A DNA stretch of 64,000 nucleotides from Sphagnum compactum (taxonomy: Eukaryota): assembly GCA_965153455.1 (NCBI GenBank), contig OZ234493.1, forward strand, positions 31,858,213 to 31,922,212, read 5' to 3'. Shown in pieces: positions 52,400 to 64,000 of the stretch (its first letter is position 1; the number at the start of each line of letters is the position of its first letter). A model generated the notes under the pieces. The model made no database searches. It saw nothing but the letters and a program-made list of their open reading frames with translations, and was not told the origin of the DNA. The translations under genes were made by a program, and so were the position numbers.

Positions 52400-52570
52400 C
52401 GTGTGTGTTAGTTATGAGAGAGTCTAAAGAGAGAGAGAGAGAGAGAGAATGGAGATTAGAACTAGGATCAATGGAGTAGCTGGTAACAACGAGACAGACA
52501 GACAGCGCTTGCAGATCCATTCCTTGTAATGTGTATGCAGTATTAGCTACTTCTACTAGAGAATGTGGTT
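51915..52570. repeat. Three diverged tandem copies (about 200-250 bp) each containing (GT)n and (GA)n microsatellites
   Basis: Recurring order GGATTAGGTACT..(GT)n-GTTATG.GA.AGTCTA-(GA)n-GGAGAT...GATCCAT..TTGTAATGT.TATG...CTAGAGAATGT. Confidence 0.8.
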
Positions 52571-52763
52571 GGATAATTCAGTAGGCATAATTTCACTGCC
52601 ATTTGTGTGAAATTGGGACACACTTTGCATCAGTTACAGAGTTGTAGTAATATTGTAGACTGGTTATTATGAGTAGCAGACAAGAAAAAGAAAAGAAGAG
52701 AAGTGCTAGTTACATATTGATGATGAGATTAAAGAGTGCACGTGCATTAATGGGGCGGGTTGG

Positions 52764-53048
52764 TTAGGTCTTACGGTTTGCAGCAGTGTGTTGGGTGGCA
52801 GTACTCATGCCGTTGATCAAGGCGGAGGCTACACTCCTGCGAATGGGATTCAGTAGCTCTTCTGGCACGTTTAAGCCGGCCATCATGTACTTGAAGATGA
52901 GCGCTTGGTGCTCCAATTCAGCCCACTGGCCGGAGGTGAAGGGAGAGACGACGTGAGCTGGTGCTTCGGTGGCGCTTTGCACGCCGCCGTTGGCGCGGGA
53001 ACTCTTGTGCCGACACGACGACGGCGTCGATTGATCCGTCTCTTTCAT
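52764..53048 (-). CDS. GRF: Growth-regulating factor (GRF)-type QLQ-domain exon; downstream WRC exon not found (truncated gene or QLQ-only protein)
   Basis: SPFTSGQWAELEHQALIFKYMMAGLNVPEELLNPIRRS is a canonical GRF QLQ domain. ATG at 53048 is preceded by an in-frame TAA. Strong phase-1 donor C|GTAAGA at 52775/52774. Without splicing, the stop is at 52764. Confidence 0.82.
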   Translation of the reverse strand: MKETDQSTPSSCRHKSSRANGGVQSATEAPAHVVSPFTSGQWAELEHQALIFKYMMAGLNVPEELLNPIRRSVASALINGMSTATQHTAANRKT

Positions 53049-54348
53049 GGCTTAATATTTTGCTGATCTTCACCCCTGCTCTGGTGCTACTGTACAAGTG
53101 ATGCGAGTACTAGTGCTGCTGCAACCAGTCAGTCACAAAGAACCCCCTCTCCCGTCAGCCTTCATATAACATGAACCTTCTCTTTGCCTCTGCACAAGCT
53201 TTCTCCAGTTGGACTGTCCTCCGCTTTCTCCAACACTAACCGTCCGGTAACTCCAGATCTCAAACAACAAAGTGCTAGCTAGAATGATCCAGGAAGCTCT
53301 ATATACGATATAAATCAATCCTGCATGCAACCTCTTTGACTGAAGGTTTAGTAGTTGTAATGGCACTTATAGCCTCAGTTATACTCTTCAGTACGCATGA
53401 TCAGATGATGAAGCTAAGCAGCACCAGTACTGAACATCCAAAACAGTTCTAGTGATCACGACAGCTCTAGCAATATGCGACGACATTGTTGCACCTTCTT
53501 CAGACACATGCTCATCAGCTAGAACATTGTTGACACAAAACGAAGACAAAACAAAACCCATGAGTAAGGAATGAGTCCATGACATTTACGACATGACTTA
53601 TATACCTTAAAAAATATATAATAGGCGGGCCAGGAAAGCTAGTCTAGTAACCAGATCCCAAATCCAGGTGCAAAATCCAATCCGGGTTGCTGATCCCACA
53701 CCGCCACGTTACTGCAACACAGATGCGGAGCTACTAGCAGACCAAAAACAAAACAAAACAAAACCACCCCGAAAGCCGCACTCACACATCCGATGTTAAC
53801 CCGCCAGCAGCTGCAGCAATATTATTCACACTATAACTTTGATCTAGACTCGTTGCTTGAATCACATTGTGCAAGTAGCGGAACTATCTCGTACACAAGC
53901 TGTGCACAAAGCAAGACAAGATGACTATACATAACAATTGTTCACGCGGGGCTAACTAACTAACTAGCTAGCTAGCTGCAGCTACACCACCACCACCACC
54001 ACCACCACCACCACAGCACCGTAGCCTTGCTTGCTGGCTTTCTTGCTTGCTTGCTTGCTTGCATGCAGGAGTTGTGCAAAACAAACCTGGAACGCTCTAG
54101 TATGATCCTCGAGCACTCAGGCTTGTAGATTGCTACAAAACCACAGAAGCTCTAAATCACATCTGTCCAGACAAAACAGACAAGGGACACTCCACGATCC
54201 ACCTACCCAGCTCAGTCCTGCTGTCTCCAGAGCTCTGGACTGGACGGCGGCAGCAGCAACCCACCCACACAAACAACAACTACTGCTTGTGCTGTAGCAC
54301 ATTCTGGCACATAATTCTGCAATAATGGGGTGGGTAATTTGTTGGGAA

Positions 54349-54379
<31 letters not shown>

Positions 54380-54459
54380 CCACCTTTCCACACGCCAGAA
54401 AAAATCAAGGCTCTTGATAAAAAAGGACAAACTTACCAGCTAGCCATTTTGGGCATAAT

Positions 54460-55000
54460 GTTTCTTGCAACCCCAGATGATGATGATGATGAGGATGACC
54501 AACAATTTAACCCCCAATTTGGGCATTCCTTGTACAACCCCATGATGATGATGATGATGATGATGATGGATGACCAGCAATTTGGGTATGTCTTGCAACC
54601 AACATACATGACTCTGGCCAACAATAACACCTAATTTGGTCCAGGGTGTTTGGCAATTAATTTTGTGATGTAGCCAAACTGGCGAAATCATGTACAAGAA
54701 TATTTTAGCCAAATTTGGATATAGAGCACATACGAAAGTAAAAATATTTTAAAGAATTCCTCACATTGTATGCTTCATACTAGAACCCGATAGAAACTCT
54801 GGCAATTTCTTTAAATGTTTGGTTACATCTGGCAACTAGAAAACTTTTTTTTGTTTAATTGGCCATTTCGCCAAAAAAATAGCCAAATTATGACTTTAAA
54901 CTTAGCCAGAAAAAAGGTGTACACTGATTTGGGCAATTTTTGCAACCCCATGATGATGGCCAACAATAACACCCAATTTGGGCAACCCCATGATCACCAA
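54460..55000. repeat. (GAT)n-containing tandem units interrupted by a dispersed-repeat copy
   Basis: GCAACCCCA(TGA)n...CAATTTGGGCA units at about 54466-54640 and 54930-55000 flank the dispersed repeat at about 54660-54880. Confidence 0.65.
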
Positions 55001-58000
55001 TAATATCAGGTGGCTCATCCTAAATGGGCTCATACTCTTTAAGAAAGCAATGACATCCCCCATGCTGTTGGGTTGATGTCAGGTGTTACTCCCACTAGAA
55101 CCATAACTGGGATTTTATTGGAGATGAAAGTGTCTTACATATGTGGGAAATTTAATATCAAGGTACTCCTGAAAACCTTTAAATGTTTTCTAAGGGAGAA
55201 TTTTAATAGTAGTAGCCTAGCCCTAAAAAGCTTTGGCAGTGTGTCCTATTTTAATTTTGTTTTGGGAAACAAGTACTTAAGCTTATGCAGGTGTCTGATC
55301 ATATGCATATGTTTTTGGTTGGTATATTATGCCTCCTTTTTCCTAATCAGGCAGGCTCTAGAAAACATCCCTCAAGGGGAGGTGGGAAATTCCCAACGTG
55401 GTGGAAAAGAGCCTAAACAGGCCCAATTGTTGTGACATTAGCATGATGTTGAGCTGATGTCATCTGAAACAACTGTTACAGATTTTTAAGAATGGAATAA
55501 AGCTTAATACAAACTTGGCAATGTGAGTGGCAAAATCCTTGTAACTTTGTTTAATAGTGTAGAAAGACTTTTTTGTAAGCAAGTTTGACTCATACCATTT
55601 TAGACATGTCATAGGTTCCCACCTCAAAAGACCATCCAAACCATGACATTTCAAAAGGGTGGTTCTTAATTTTAATATCATTTCTTTAAACTTTGCTATT
55701 GGTTGGCCCAATGGGGCTATCATCTATGACTTTTGGTGGTTGTTGGTGGCCCCAGTATATCCCATATATAAGAGTTGGACCTTTTTGATGGGTAATCATA
55801 CATGATCATAAGATCTCGAGCCACACCGAAAGTGGTCCACCCTAATTGGGGGAGTTGGTAAATAATGGGAACTAGTGCTTTTTTGTTTGTTGTGAAGAGA
55901 TAGATGTATGAACTTTTTTTTTGTATTTGGGCCACAAGCATAGCAATGAACTCCATTGTCAAAAGCACTAGAGGGTAGACAACCACCAAAGTCCAAATAG
56001 ACCACCCAACTTTGCAAGTCAACCAAGGAGGAAACCTCTGGCAGGTAATAATGCAATCATGAAAAGAAGGATAGCACCATCTACTAACAGGGAGATCCAT
56101 CAGTAGAGCACAAAGTAGTGTTGGGCTCCCCATTCTTTATCAAACATCTCTACAAGCAAATCAACCTTGGAGAATGGAACTAAGTTGTTCATTTATATGA
56201 AAGTGCTTTTCCAATCTATTGGAAAAATTATATGCCAAGTACAAGGTAATCACCAACACATGTCCTTTCATCATTTTAACATGTTTAGGGTTTAGGGTTT
56301 AACTTTACACCTACATGAGATGTAAAACCATTTGTGGTTCTTATTTATCCACATGGTGATCCACAAAAGGACACCTGTAAGTCCTATCCAAACATCATTG
56401 AACTTCTGGAATCTCCTTGCCAACTTTTGCCCTGGTGCATAATGTTCCATGGAATTGCTTTCCCAACATCATTTGAAATTCCTGGAGATCCTTGGCAACT
56501 TTCCTAGTAGATGGGTTTTATGGTGAAGTTGTTCCATGGAATATTTCAGAGGTAGATGGCAAGGGAGTTAGTTCATGATTGTGATCACCCAACTCCACAC
56601 CAATATGGCCTCCTTTTTATCACTAAAATGTTTGCACTAGTTTTTTTTTCAATTTTTAGTTCATAACATGGGCAAAGTCTAGAATTGATATCCTGATTGA
56701 CTTTCAGGCTCCACATCTCTACCAGAGTTGGGTGGTTCTCATGTTGTTAGGCTAGGCTCCAGTTCTCAGTCTACAACCAAACAGCCAAAGGGTTTGGTTA
56801 TGGTTGGGTTTTTTGAAAAATTCAAAATTAGGTCAGGTCTGGTTTCAGTTGTGCAAATCCAACTAGGGATTGGTTGTGGTTGGATTATTTGAAGAAATCA
56901 ACCAATTCAAATTTAGGTTTTCAATCACCAAACGGGTAATTTTAATAAATTCTTTTTGAATATTTAGCTTATGACCAACTCCCACTTAGTGGTTTACATA
57001 AGATATGTCAATTAGCAGTAAGGGTTGTGTAGGTTCCCATTATACTTTGAATGAAAGCACACTTAGGTGTAACACTTTTAGGCACATGTGTAAGTTCATA
57101 ATTACATAAATTAACATTGTGAAGGTAGTGTGAAAGCAAAATACCTTGAATCACACAAGTCATTTTACAAGTTATCATTAAAATTTTATTATAAAAAAAG
57201 TTTCAACCCTAATTTGTGTTATGGAGAACTTAAATTTGACTTAATAATAAAAAACCATAATTCAAAGTACATAGAAAATTTCGATCATCAAAATCTTTCC
57301 AAATTTTTTTTTTTAATATCAATGTTATTACATCATATTACCATTGAGTCCTTACTCGTTAAAAAATAATATATGAAGGTGCATGAAGCCCATACTCATT
57401 AATTATGAATTGTTACAGGTTTTTAAGTATTCCTTTGAAAGTCCATTATGTTATGGCTATTTAAAAACCATCCATGAATTTCATACAATATGATTATATT
57501 ACATATATCATTGTAGTGTTGAGTCTTATTTCATTCTAATTGATTATATTTAATCACATGGCCAGGTACAAATCTCAAAATCTTGCAAAAACTACATTGT
57601 GACAACATTTTATGAACAATGTAATGTGATTTCACCCCTTTGGTTAGGTTCCAATGCTATTAAAATTGAGTTCATTTATAATAAAATATGTACAAAATAT
57701 TTGTACATATTTAAACAATGTAATTCTTAGTTCAAAATAATTTCTATACTAATAATTACAAATCATTTACATAAAAATTGTTTACAAAATTGTTGACCAT
57801 AGGAAACTAATTGGCAACAACTAGGACGAATTTACAAATAGGAGTAAATCTTGTAACATACAATTCATAAGCAAACTTGCACTAACTATAATTTAAAAAA
57901 CAACAAGTAATTTGAACCACCAATTCAAGACTTTGAAAATTTCAATGTTCATAAAGTTCTCAATTTAAACAAACAACAATATGAATCAAAGTTTGTACAA

Positions 58001-59117
58001 AAGTCCAAATAAAAGTATGAATTATCATGCTACACATCTATCTAGTTTACATCTAAATTTAAATCAAATGAAATAAATCCAAAAAAAAAAATCAAAATCA
58101 TTTACAAGATCCTAATCTAAATAATTTTCAAGAGCAAAAGACAAACATTTTCAAATTTTGAATTTGAATCAACATCCAACAACTCCACCAACAACTCTAC
58201 AAGATATATAATGGGTAACAACACCTCCAAGAGTAAATTGTGAAATAATAAGATCTTAATGAACAAAATCATTGTTCACCAACATTTTTTAGGGTCCAAA
58301 CAACAAACCCATTGAACCCGAACACTTAGCATGACACACAACACTTGTAATAGCTTGAAGGAGAAAGGGAAAAAGTGACAAGGGAAGAGAGAGACTAGAA
58401 ACAAAGACATTGCCAAAATAAAAATAGTAAAAATAAACAACAAAAGGTGCATGCCTAACCTTAAGGAAAATTGCAACTAAAGACTAGAGATAGTTCTTGA
58501 TCAACTTTGGATCTAGAATTGCATTTGGAACTAGATATTCCACACTTTAGTAATGTCAAGTTGGAATCAGTGGGGTGATTTCACTCCTAGTTCTTCCATA
58601 CCTTCCGACCAATAGTTCAAGTATATATATTACCCTCCTTTCTACGAGATGGTTTATGAATAACCAAATTTTTGGTTCTAAAAAGTATACTATAACAATC
58701 TTAGTTTTGATTTTGGATTCACACATAAATGAATTTAGGAATTTAATTCCAAGTCAAGTTCTTCAAAACCTAGTAAACCTAGTAAAACCCCTTTCTACAC
58801 AATGGTCTTCCTAGCTCATTTTGGTCCTCCTGATATATTCATTAGATCATAAAATGGTATTTAAAAGAAGTTTTACTTTTTAATGACCTTATTCGATCTT
58901 GCTAATATAGTTAGAATATGCCAAAGGTTTTTTCATTTTTACTACCTAATGAAAGGCTTCACCTCTGTATGCCCATCTTTTATAGTTTGAAAGAATGTAA
59001 GGTTTAATTTCATTACATGTAAAAGTTCACAATATTAAATACATTTTTTAAAATGCAAATCCATCCATAACTTAGATCGAATAAGGTTCAATTAATTATT
59101 TTCAACCCTTTCCATAT

Positions 59118-60997
59118 CACTATCAGAAATTGTGTCCGCCAAAATCACACTGCCCTGCAACTAGAATTTTAAAAAAAACTCATATACAACTATTGTGTAA
59201 CCACCCCTTAAGTATTACAACTAGTATGCAACTATTCCTTTGGAAATACGGAGAACTAATAAATAGATTGCCACATTAGAACATTAGTTGGTTGTATTAT
59301 AATTGTAAGTGAGTTGAAAATGGGTCTTTTATATGATAATTTGTACATAACATATATACATCCATAGTCAACCATGTTTGATTTTTGAAGGAATTGCACT
59401 ATAGTTGCATGTGACAACTGTTTTAGAACTGCTGTAAATGTGCCACTCACATAATAACTATGTTGCAACTAGTTGTCCTTTCCATTTTGAGTGATTTATA
59501 ATGTTATAGAAACGTCTTTTCAAGCTTTACAAATCATCTTTGAAATGCAAAGCCAAGGGAACAACCAAAAAAACATTGTATATAAAATATGTCTTACAAA
59601 TTGCAAAATGTGTTTTTTTTCATTTTTTAAATTTTGACCCCTCCTACTTTCAAACCTCATAACTTTCTTACTTCTTATTTCGTTTGAATGATTTAAATTG
59701 TTATAGGAATGCCACCTAAAGTTCTACAAATCATCTTTGAAATGCAAAGTTAAGGGACCAACCAAAAGAAAGCTATGAAGAGAATACATTTCTTCAAATT
59801 GTAAACTGTTTCATTTTTCTTCATTTTGACCCCTCCTACTTTCAATCCTCATAATTTTCTTATTTCTTATTCATTTTAAATGATTTAAAGTGTTATAAGA
59901 CTGCCACCTAAAGTCTTACAACTCATCTTTCAACTCTAATAGTAACAAAACACCATACAAGGAATTTTTGGGTGTTCAAGAACCGGCCTTTGTAGCATTC
60001 AGTGGTTTGTTTTTTTGAAGTTCTTGACCCCCTCTACTTTGGGGGGCCATAACTTTCTTAATGTTATTTCGTTTTTTATGATTTTTAGTGCAACATATGT
60101 GCCAATAGGAGGGGTTCAAGTTTTGTTTGGACTTCAAAAACAACATAATTTTCCCCTTGGATCTTGCTTGCATTGAACGTTTAAGTGTCCAGTCATTTGC
60201 CTATGTTGCAATTCAATTTGCAACTAAAAGGCAACTAAAGGATTTAACACATATGCCTTGTCTTTCAATCCCATGTCACAAACTATATAAAATAGGTGTC
60301 CTCTTTTATGTTTACACACTAAAATACACATGCCATTTTGGGATGAGCTCAAACAAGCTTAACCCGAAAACCAAGATAAAAAATAAAAAATAAATATTTA
60401 CAAGATTTTTTTTAATTCATTAGTCTTGTACTTTCCTACCTACTTGCCTACCTACGTAAATAAATAGGTCTTTTTTCCTACCTAAGAAGGTATGTAATGT
60501 AGGTACGTAGGTCTAGGACCTACCAACCTACCTACCTATGGTAATCTATGGACCTACCTAATTATTAAAATGCATTATTTTTAATTTTATTTTTCAGATT
60601 TTAATTAATATGCCATGTGGCAATTTTTTATTAGGCCACATGTCATAATATCGGACCATCAATAGACAATGGAGATCATATACTTTTTAATTATTTTTAA
60701 TATCTTCATAATACCACATGTCAAGTTTTAATGGATGGATGAAAATTACTAACGTCAACATGACGTTATGGATGTAGTTGCAGTGGAATTGCATAATAGT
60801 TGAAAATGAGTGGTTTTAGTAGAGTTGCAATTGAGTTGCAATGAATTGCACCATATGTATGGTGAGTTGCAACTCTACAACTCATGTAACTTGTCCGATA
60901 GCACTCATAATGTAGAAATACAGTGTGTTGCAAGTGGTCATTGCGACTCAAAAATTGAATTGCAAGGCCAAGTGCAAAACACCCTTTATCCATAGTG
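59118..60997. mobile_element. Non-autonomous CACTA (En/Spm) element with 3-bp TSD
   Basis: TAT|CACTATCAGAAA ... TTTATCCATAGTG|TAT gives CACTA/TAGTG termini with an identical TAT flank on each side. Many GCAACT/AGTTGC subterminal repeats occur at both ends, plus an internal ~200-bp duplication (about 59525-59935). No transposase ORF. Confidence 0.85.
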
Positions 60998-61065
60998 TAT
61001 ATAAGGTCATGAATCAACCAATTAAAGTGTATTCACATTATAAGAAGCAAAATGGGTGTTAATGT

Positions 61066-61218
61066 TAGTCCCTGTTATTCCCTATTATTCAGTATATGAG
61101 TCCTTATATATCCCTGTATATCCCTATTATTTAGTATATGAATCCCTGTATATCCCTGTTATTCAGTATATGAGTCCCTATATATCCCTGTTATGTTTAC
61201 TGAATAACAGGGATATTG
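61066..61218. repeat. Short tandem/inverted repeat cluster (TE-subterminal-like)
   Basis: Three copies of CCCT(G/A)TTATT(C/T)AGTATATGA(G/A)TCC, followed by an inverted copy forming ATATCCCTGTTAT...ATAACAGGGATAT. Confidence 0.7.
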
Positions 61219-64000
61219 AAAAAATTTAAATGAGTCCAAAAAAAAATCAATATCAAAGTTTGGTTTGAACAAAAGATGTTTAACAACTTCATTCAATAAC
61301 ATTACTTTCATAAAAGGCCCTTTAGTTTTCATAATATAATTTATTTCATCCTCGATTTTTTTGCAATAATAAGGTACTATTAGACACATCTAAAAAACAC
61401 TCAAATTTTCATTTTTTTTCAATTTTTTTTAATCAAAATTTAAGGTTGTTAAGAAGTTCATGAGTCCTTTATGACATGTAAATGTGATGCGATGTATATT
61501 TTTTTAAAAGAAAAGTTGTAGCTTATAATATAAAAAATTAAACTTGAAAATGTTAACATGTTTTGGTATGATTTGAAACTATGGCAATTTTTTAAAACGA
61601 AACACAAAATCTGGCAAAATTTGTGCATTTTAAAAAATTCGCATTTATTCAAATTTGATAGTAAATAAACATATGACATATTGGGGCAACTATAAATATA
61701 ATACATAAAAAGTTGAAAAAGATTTCATTTGAAAATTCCTCTTTATGAAAACATGTTTTTTAGCAAAAGGACCCTGAAAAGTCCTAAATGTAAAGTAAAC
61801 ACGTTGGCTTGTTATATGTCATTTGCACCCCATAATCACTTGAATTCTTCTAATTTATTTGTAATGTATAGGATATTGTCATACTCAAATGGAAAAAATT
61901 TGAAGTCAAATCCATGCTAAATTTTTCATACTTGTATATAGGTCAAATAATTTTTTTACTCACTTCTGATAAAATCCCTTCATTTTTTCATTTATGCATC
62001 AAGTCAACATAATGATCAATTTAATTATTTAAAAATTATTTGAATGAACCAAAAAAAACCCTTTCCATGTTAAATTTTATTAAGTTAAAACTGGATATCC
62101 ATGATTTGGATAATTTTTAAATTAAATATTTGAAATTTAATTGTGTAGTCATGTGCCCCATTTAGTTATGCATAATGTAGTATAAAGACAATTTCAACAC
62201 ATGTCTATCAAATATTAATTAATTCGTTTCAAAGATTCCATGTTGAAAATAAAATACAGCTAAATATTTAAAAAGACTTTCTATTTTCTCTCGCAATTTC
62301 TTTCTTTAAAGTTTTATAATCAAAATTCCTACAAATAATAAAATTAGTGTTGAAGTTGTCAAGGCACTATCGTAGTTCGGTAGTCCTAGTCTTCATTATG
62401 ACTAGGATACATTTTCAACCTTATCAATTTAAATATGTTGTCATATTGACCATTTCCAATTTTGGTATTTAAAAACCAATACACAAAGTCCTATTCAATA
62501 TATGAATTAATTATAATTAAAACTAAAACTTAAATAGATAAAATAGAATTATATTGACATATTTTAAATGTGAAATAAAATCGTAACAGAATTTTAAATA
62601 GTTATAAATATCTATAATGTTATCCATGTATTTTTATACTTGTCTATTTTGTTCATATAACTACCTATTTCAAGCCTAACTAACTAATACCCACATACCA
62701 ATATGGACATGAAAAGGCAATGTTTTGTTTCTTTTCATGTTCTGAAGTATGTGTTTATGTTTTGCATGTGACAATTGAAATAACAATTGAATGTGATCAT
62801 GAGGAATTGAAAAAAGTCAATATGGTGATGAGAAAAGTGAAATGACAAAACAAATTTGGGTATAAACTTGATCAAACATCTAGAATCATCATGCATGCAC
62901 ATGATGATGCTTTTCTCCTTTTTTTAATTGTAGCATCCATGGGAACCATAGGCATCCCAACTAATAAAATACACAAAAAAATAATCTATGGTTCAAAACT
63001 CAAATCAAGATATTTAAAAATCTAATGTAATGTTTTTTACATTGGAAATTACAATTTAGTTTTATAAATTAAATTATTTTATTTGAAGTAAATATACAAA
63101 AAAAAGTGACTTTACATTTTATATTAAAGACATTACAAATTTCAAACATGATTCTATCGTGTTAATGTTGTCATATATTTTAAGTAAAAGTGATGGGTCT
63201 TCATTGAATATGAAGTCATGTATGTCATGTATGTCATGTATGTAACATATTGTCATAAATCTAATCATGTATGTAATCACAAATGCTAGGTTTTGGTGTA
63301 GTGATTGTAAGGTTGTCTTTCGTGATTTTATTTTTTGATTAATATTTTGAACTCAAAAAACCATGTAAAGTAGTTTAGGCAACAACCTATGAACTTGACA
63401 ATGATGAATGATGGTAATTATTTTTTTTGCACAACATCCTTCTCAATTGGATGTGCAAATTTCTTCTTTCAAATCACCTTCTAATAATTATATAGTAATC
63501 TCCAAGAAGAACATTCCCATTAGTAAGCCTAAACATATCAACATTGGAGGCTTTTCCATCAAAAGATGATTTCAACATTTTTAAATTTAAAATGGTGGGA
63601 TATACACCAATATATATTTCATGAAATAGATATTAATTGATGAAAATACTTTGAAAATTACACAATGTGAACACCATTTCTAGTTTCTTGATCAAATAAC
63701 ATGTAAAATCCAATATTTTGTAAAAAGAAAATTTGAAATTCCACATAATATAAAATTAACCAATTTGTATTGCATGTAAATACATCCAAGCATTTGGTAA
63801 TGGGATCTATCCTCCCACAAATTCCCCATGGCATTATTTTTTTTCTATTTGGACATTTTATTTTTATGTAACTTTAATTTATAGATTGTTTTTGGGAACT
63901 TTGGGAATAATGAACTCCCTTTTTTAAACATCACCCATACAACATGTATTAGTAATAACTTCATTGATGTATAGATTGAAAATGCTTAGATATTACAATT

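Noticed and set aside
53133-53585. Two minus-strand ORFs upstream of the QLQ exon as conserved uORFs
   Set aside because: The transcript structure is unknown and the peptides are unremarkable, so this cannot be supported from sequence alone.
56284-56301. TTTAGGG x2 telomere-like repeat
   Set aside because: Two units only, too short to call an interstitial telomere.
55400-56600. Possible LINE/retroelement coding remnant
   Set aside because: It looks decayed-coding, but I could not identify any RT, RNase H or integrase motif.

Overview
AT-rich land-plant genomic DNA, probably a bryophyte and Sphagnum-like in repeat style (inference only). Exons were assembled by hand from splice signals and reading frame. 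Host genes: a 10-exon proteasome lid subunit RPN8 (-) head-to-head with an 8-exon F-actin capping protein beta (+); an intronless RabC/Rab18 GTPase (-); an 8-exon CBP60 calmodulin-binding transcription factor (-); a large unrecognised multi-exon coiled-coil gene (+); and a GRF-type QLQ exon (-) for which I find no WRC exon. Mobile DNA: a 6.5-kb decayed Helitron (18958-25484, -) with both termini, a Rep/Pif1-helicase pseudogene and two captured, still-open last exons of a SYT4/5 synaptotagmin; two small non-autonomous Helitrons; and a 1.9-kb non-autonomous CACTA element with a TAT target-site duplication. There are also several tandem arrays and two inverted repeats. One of these, just downstream of the capping-protein gene, has mismatches that are almost all G:U-compatible on the + strand, so it is a candidate hairpin-RNA or MIRNA locus. 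No rRNA, tRNA or CRISPR array was seen. Protein family calls come from recalled motifs; no database search was run.
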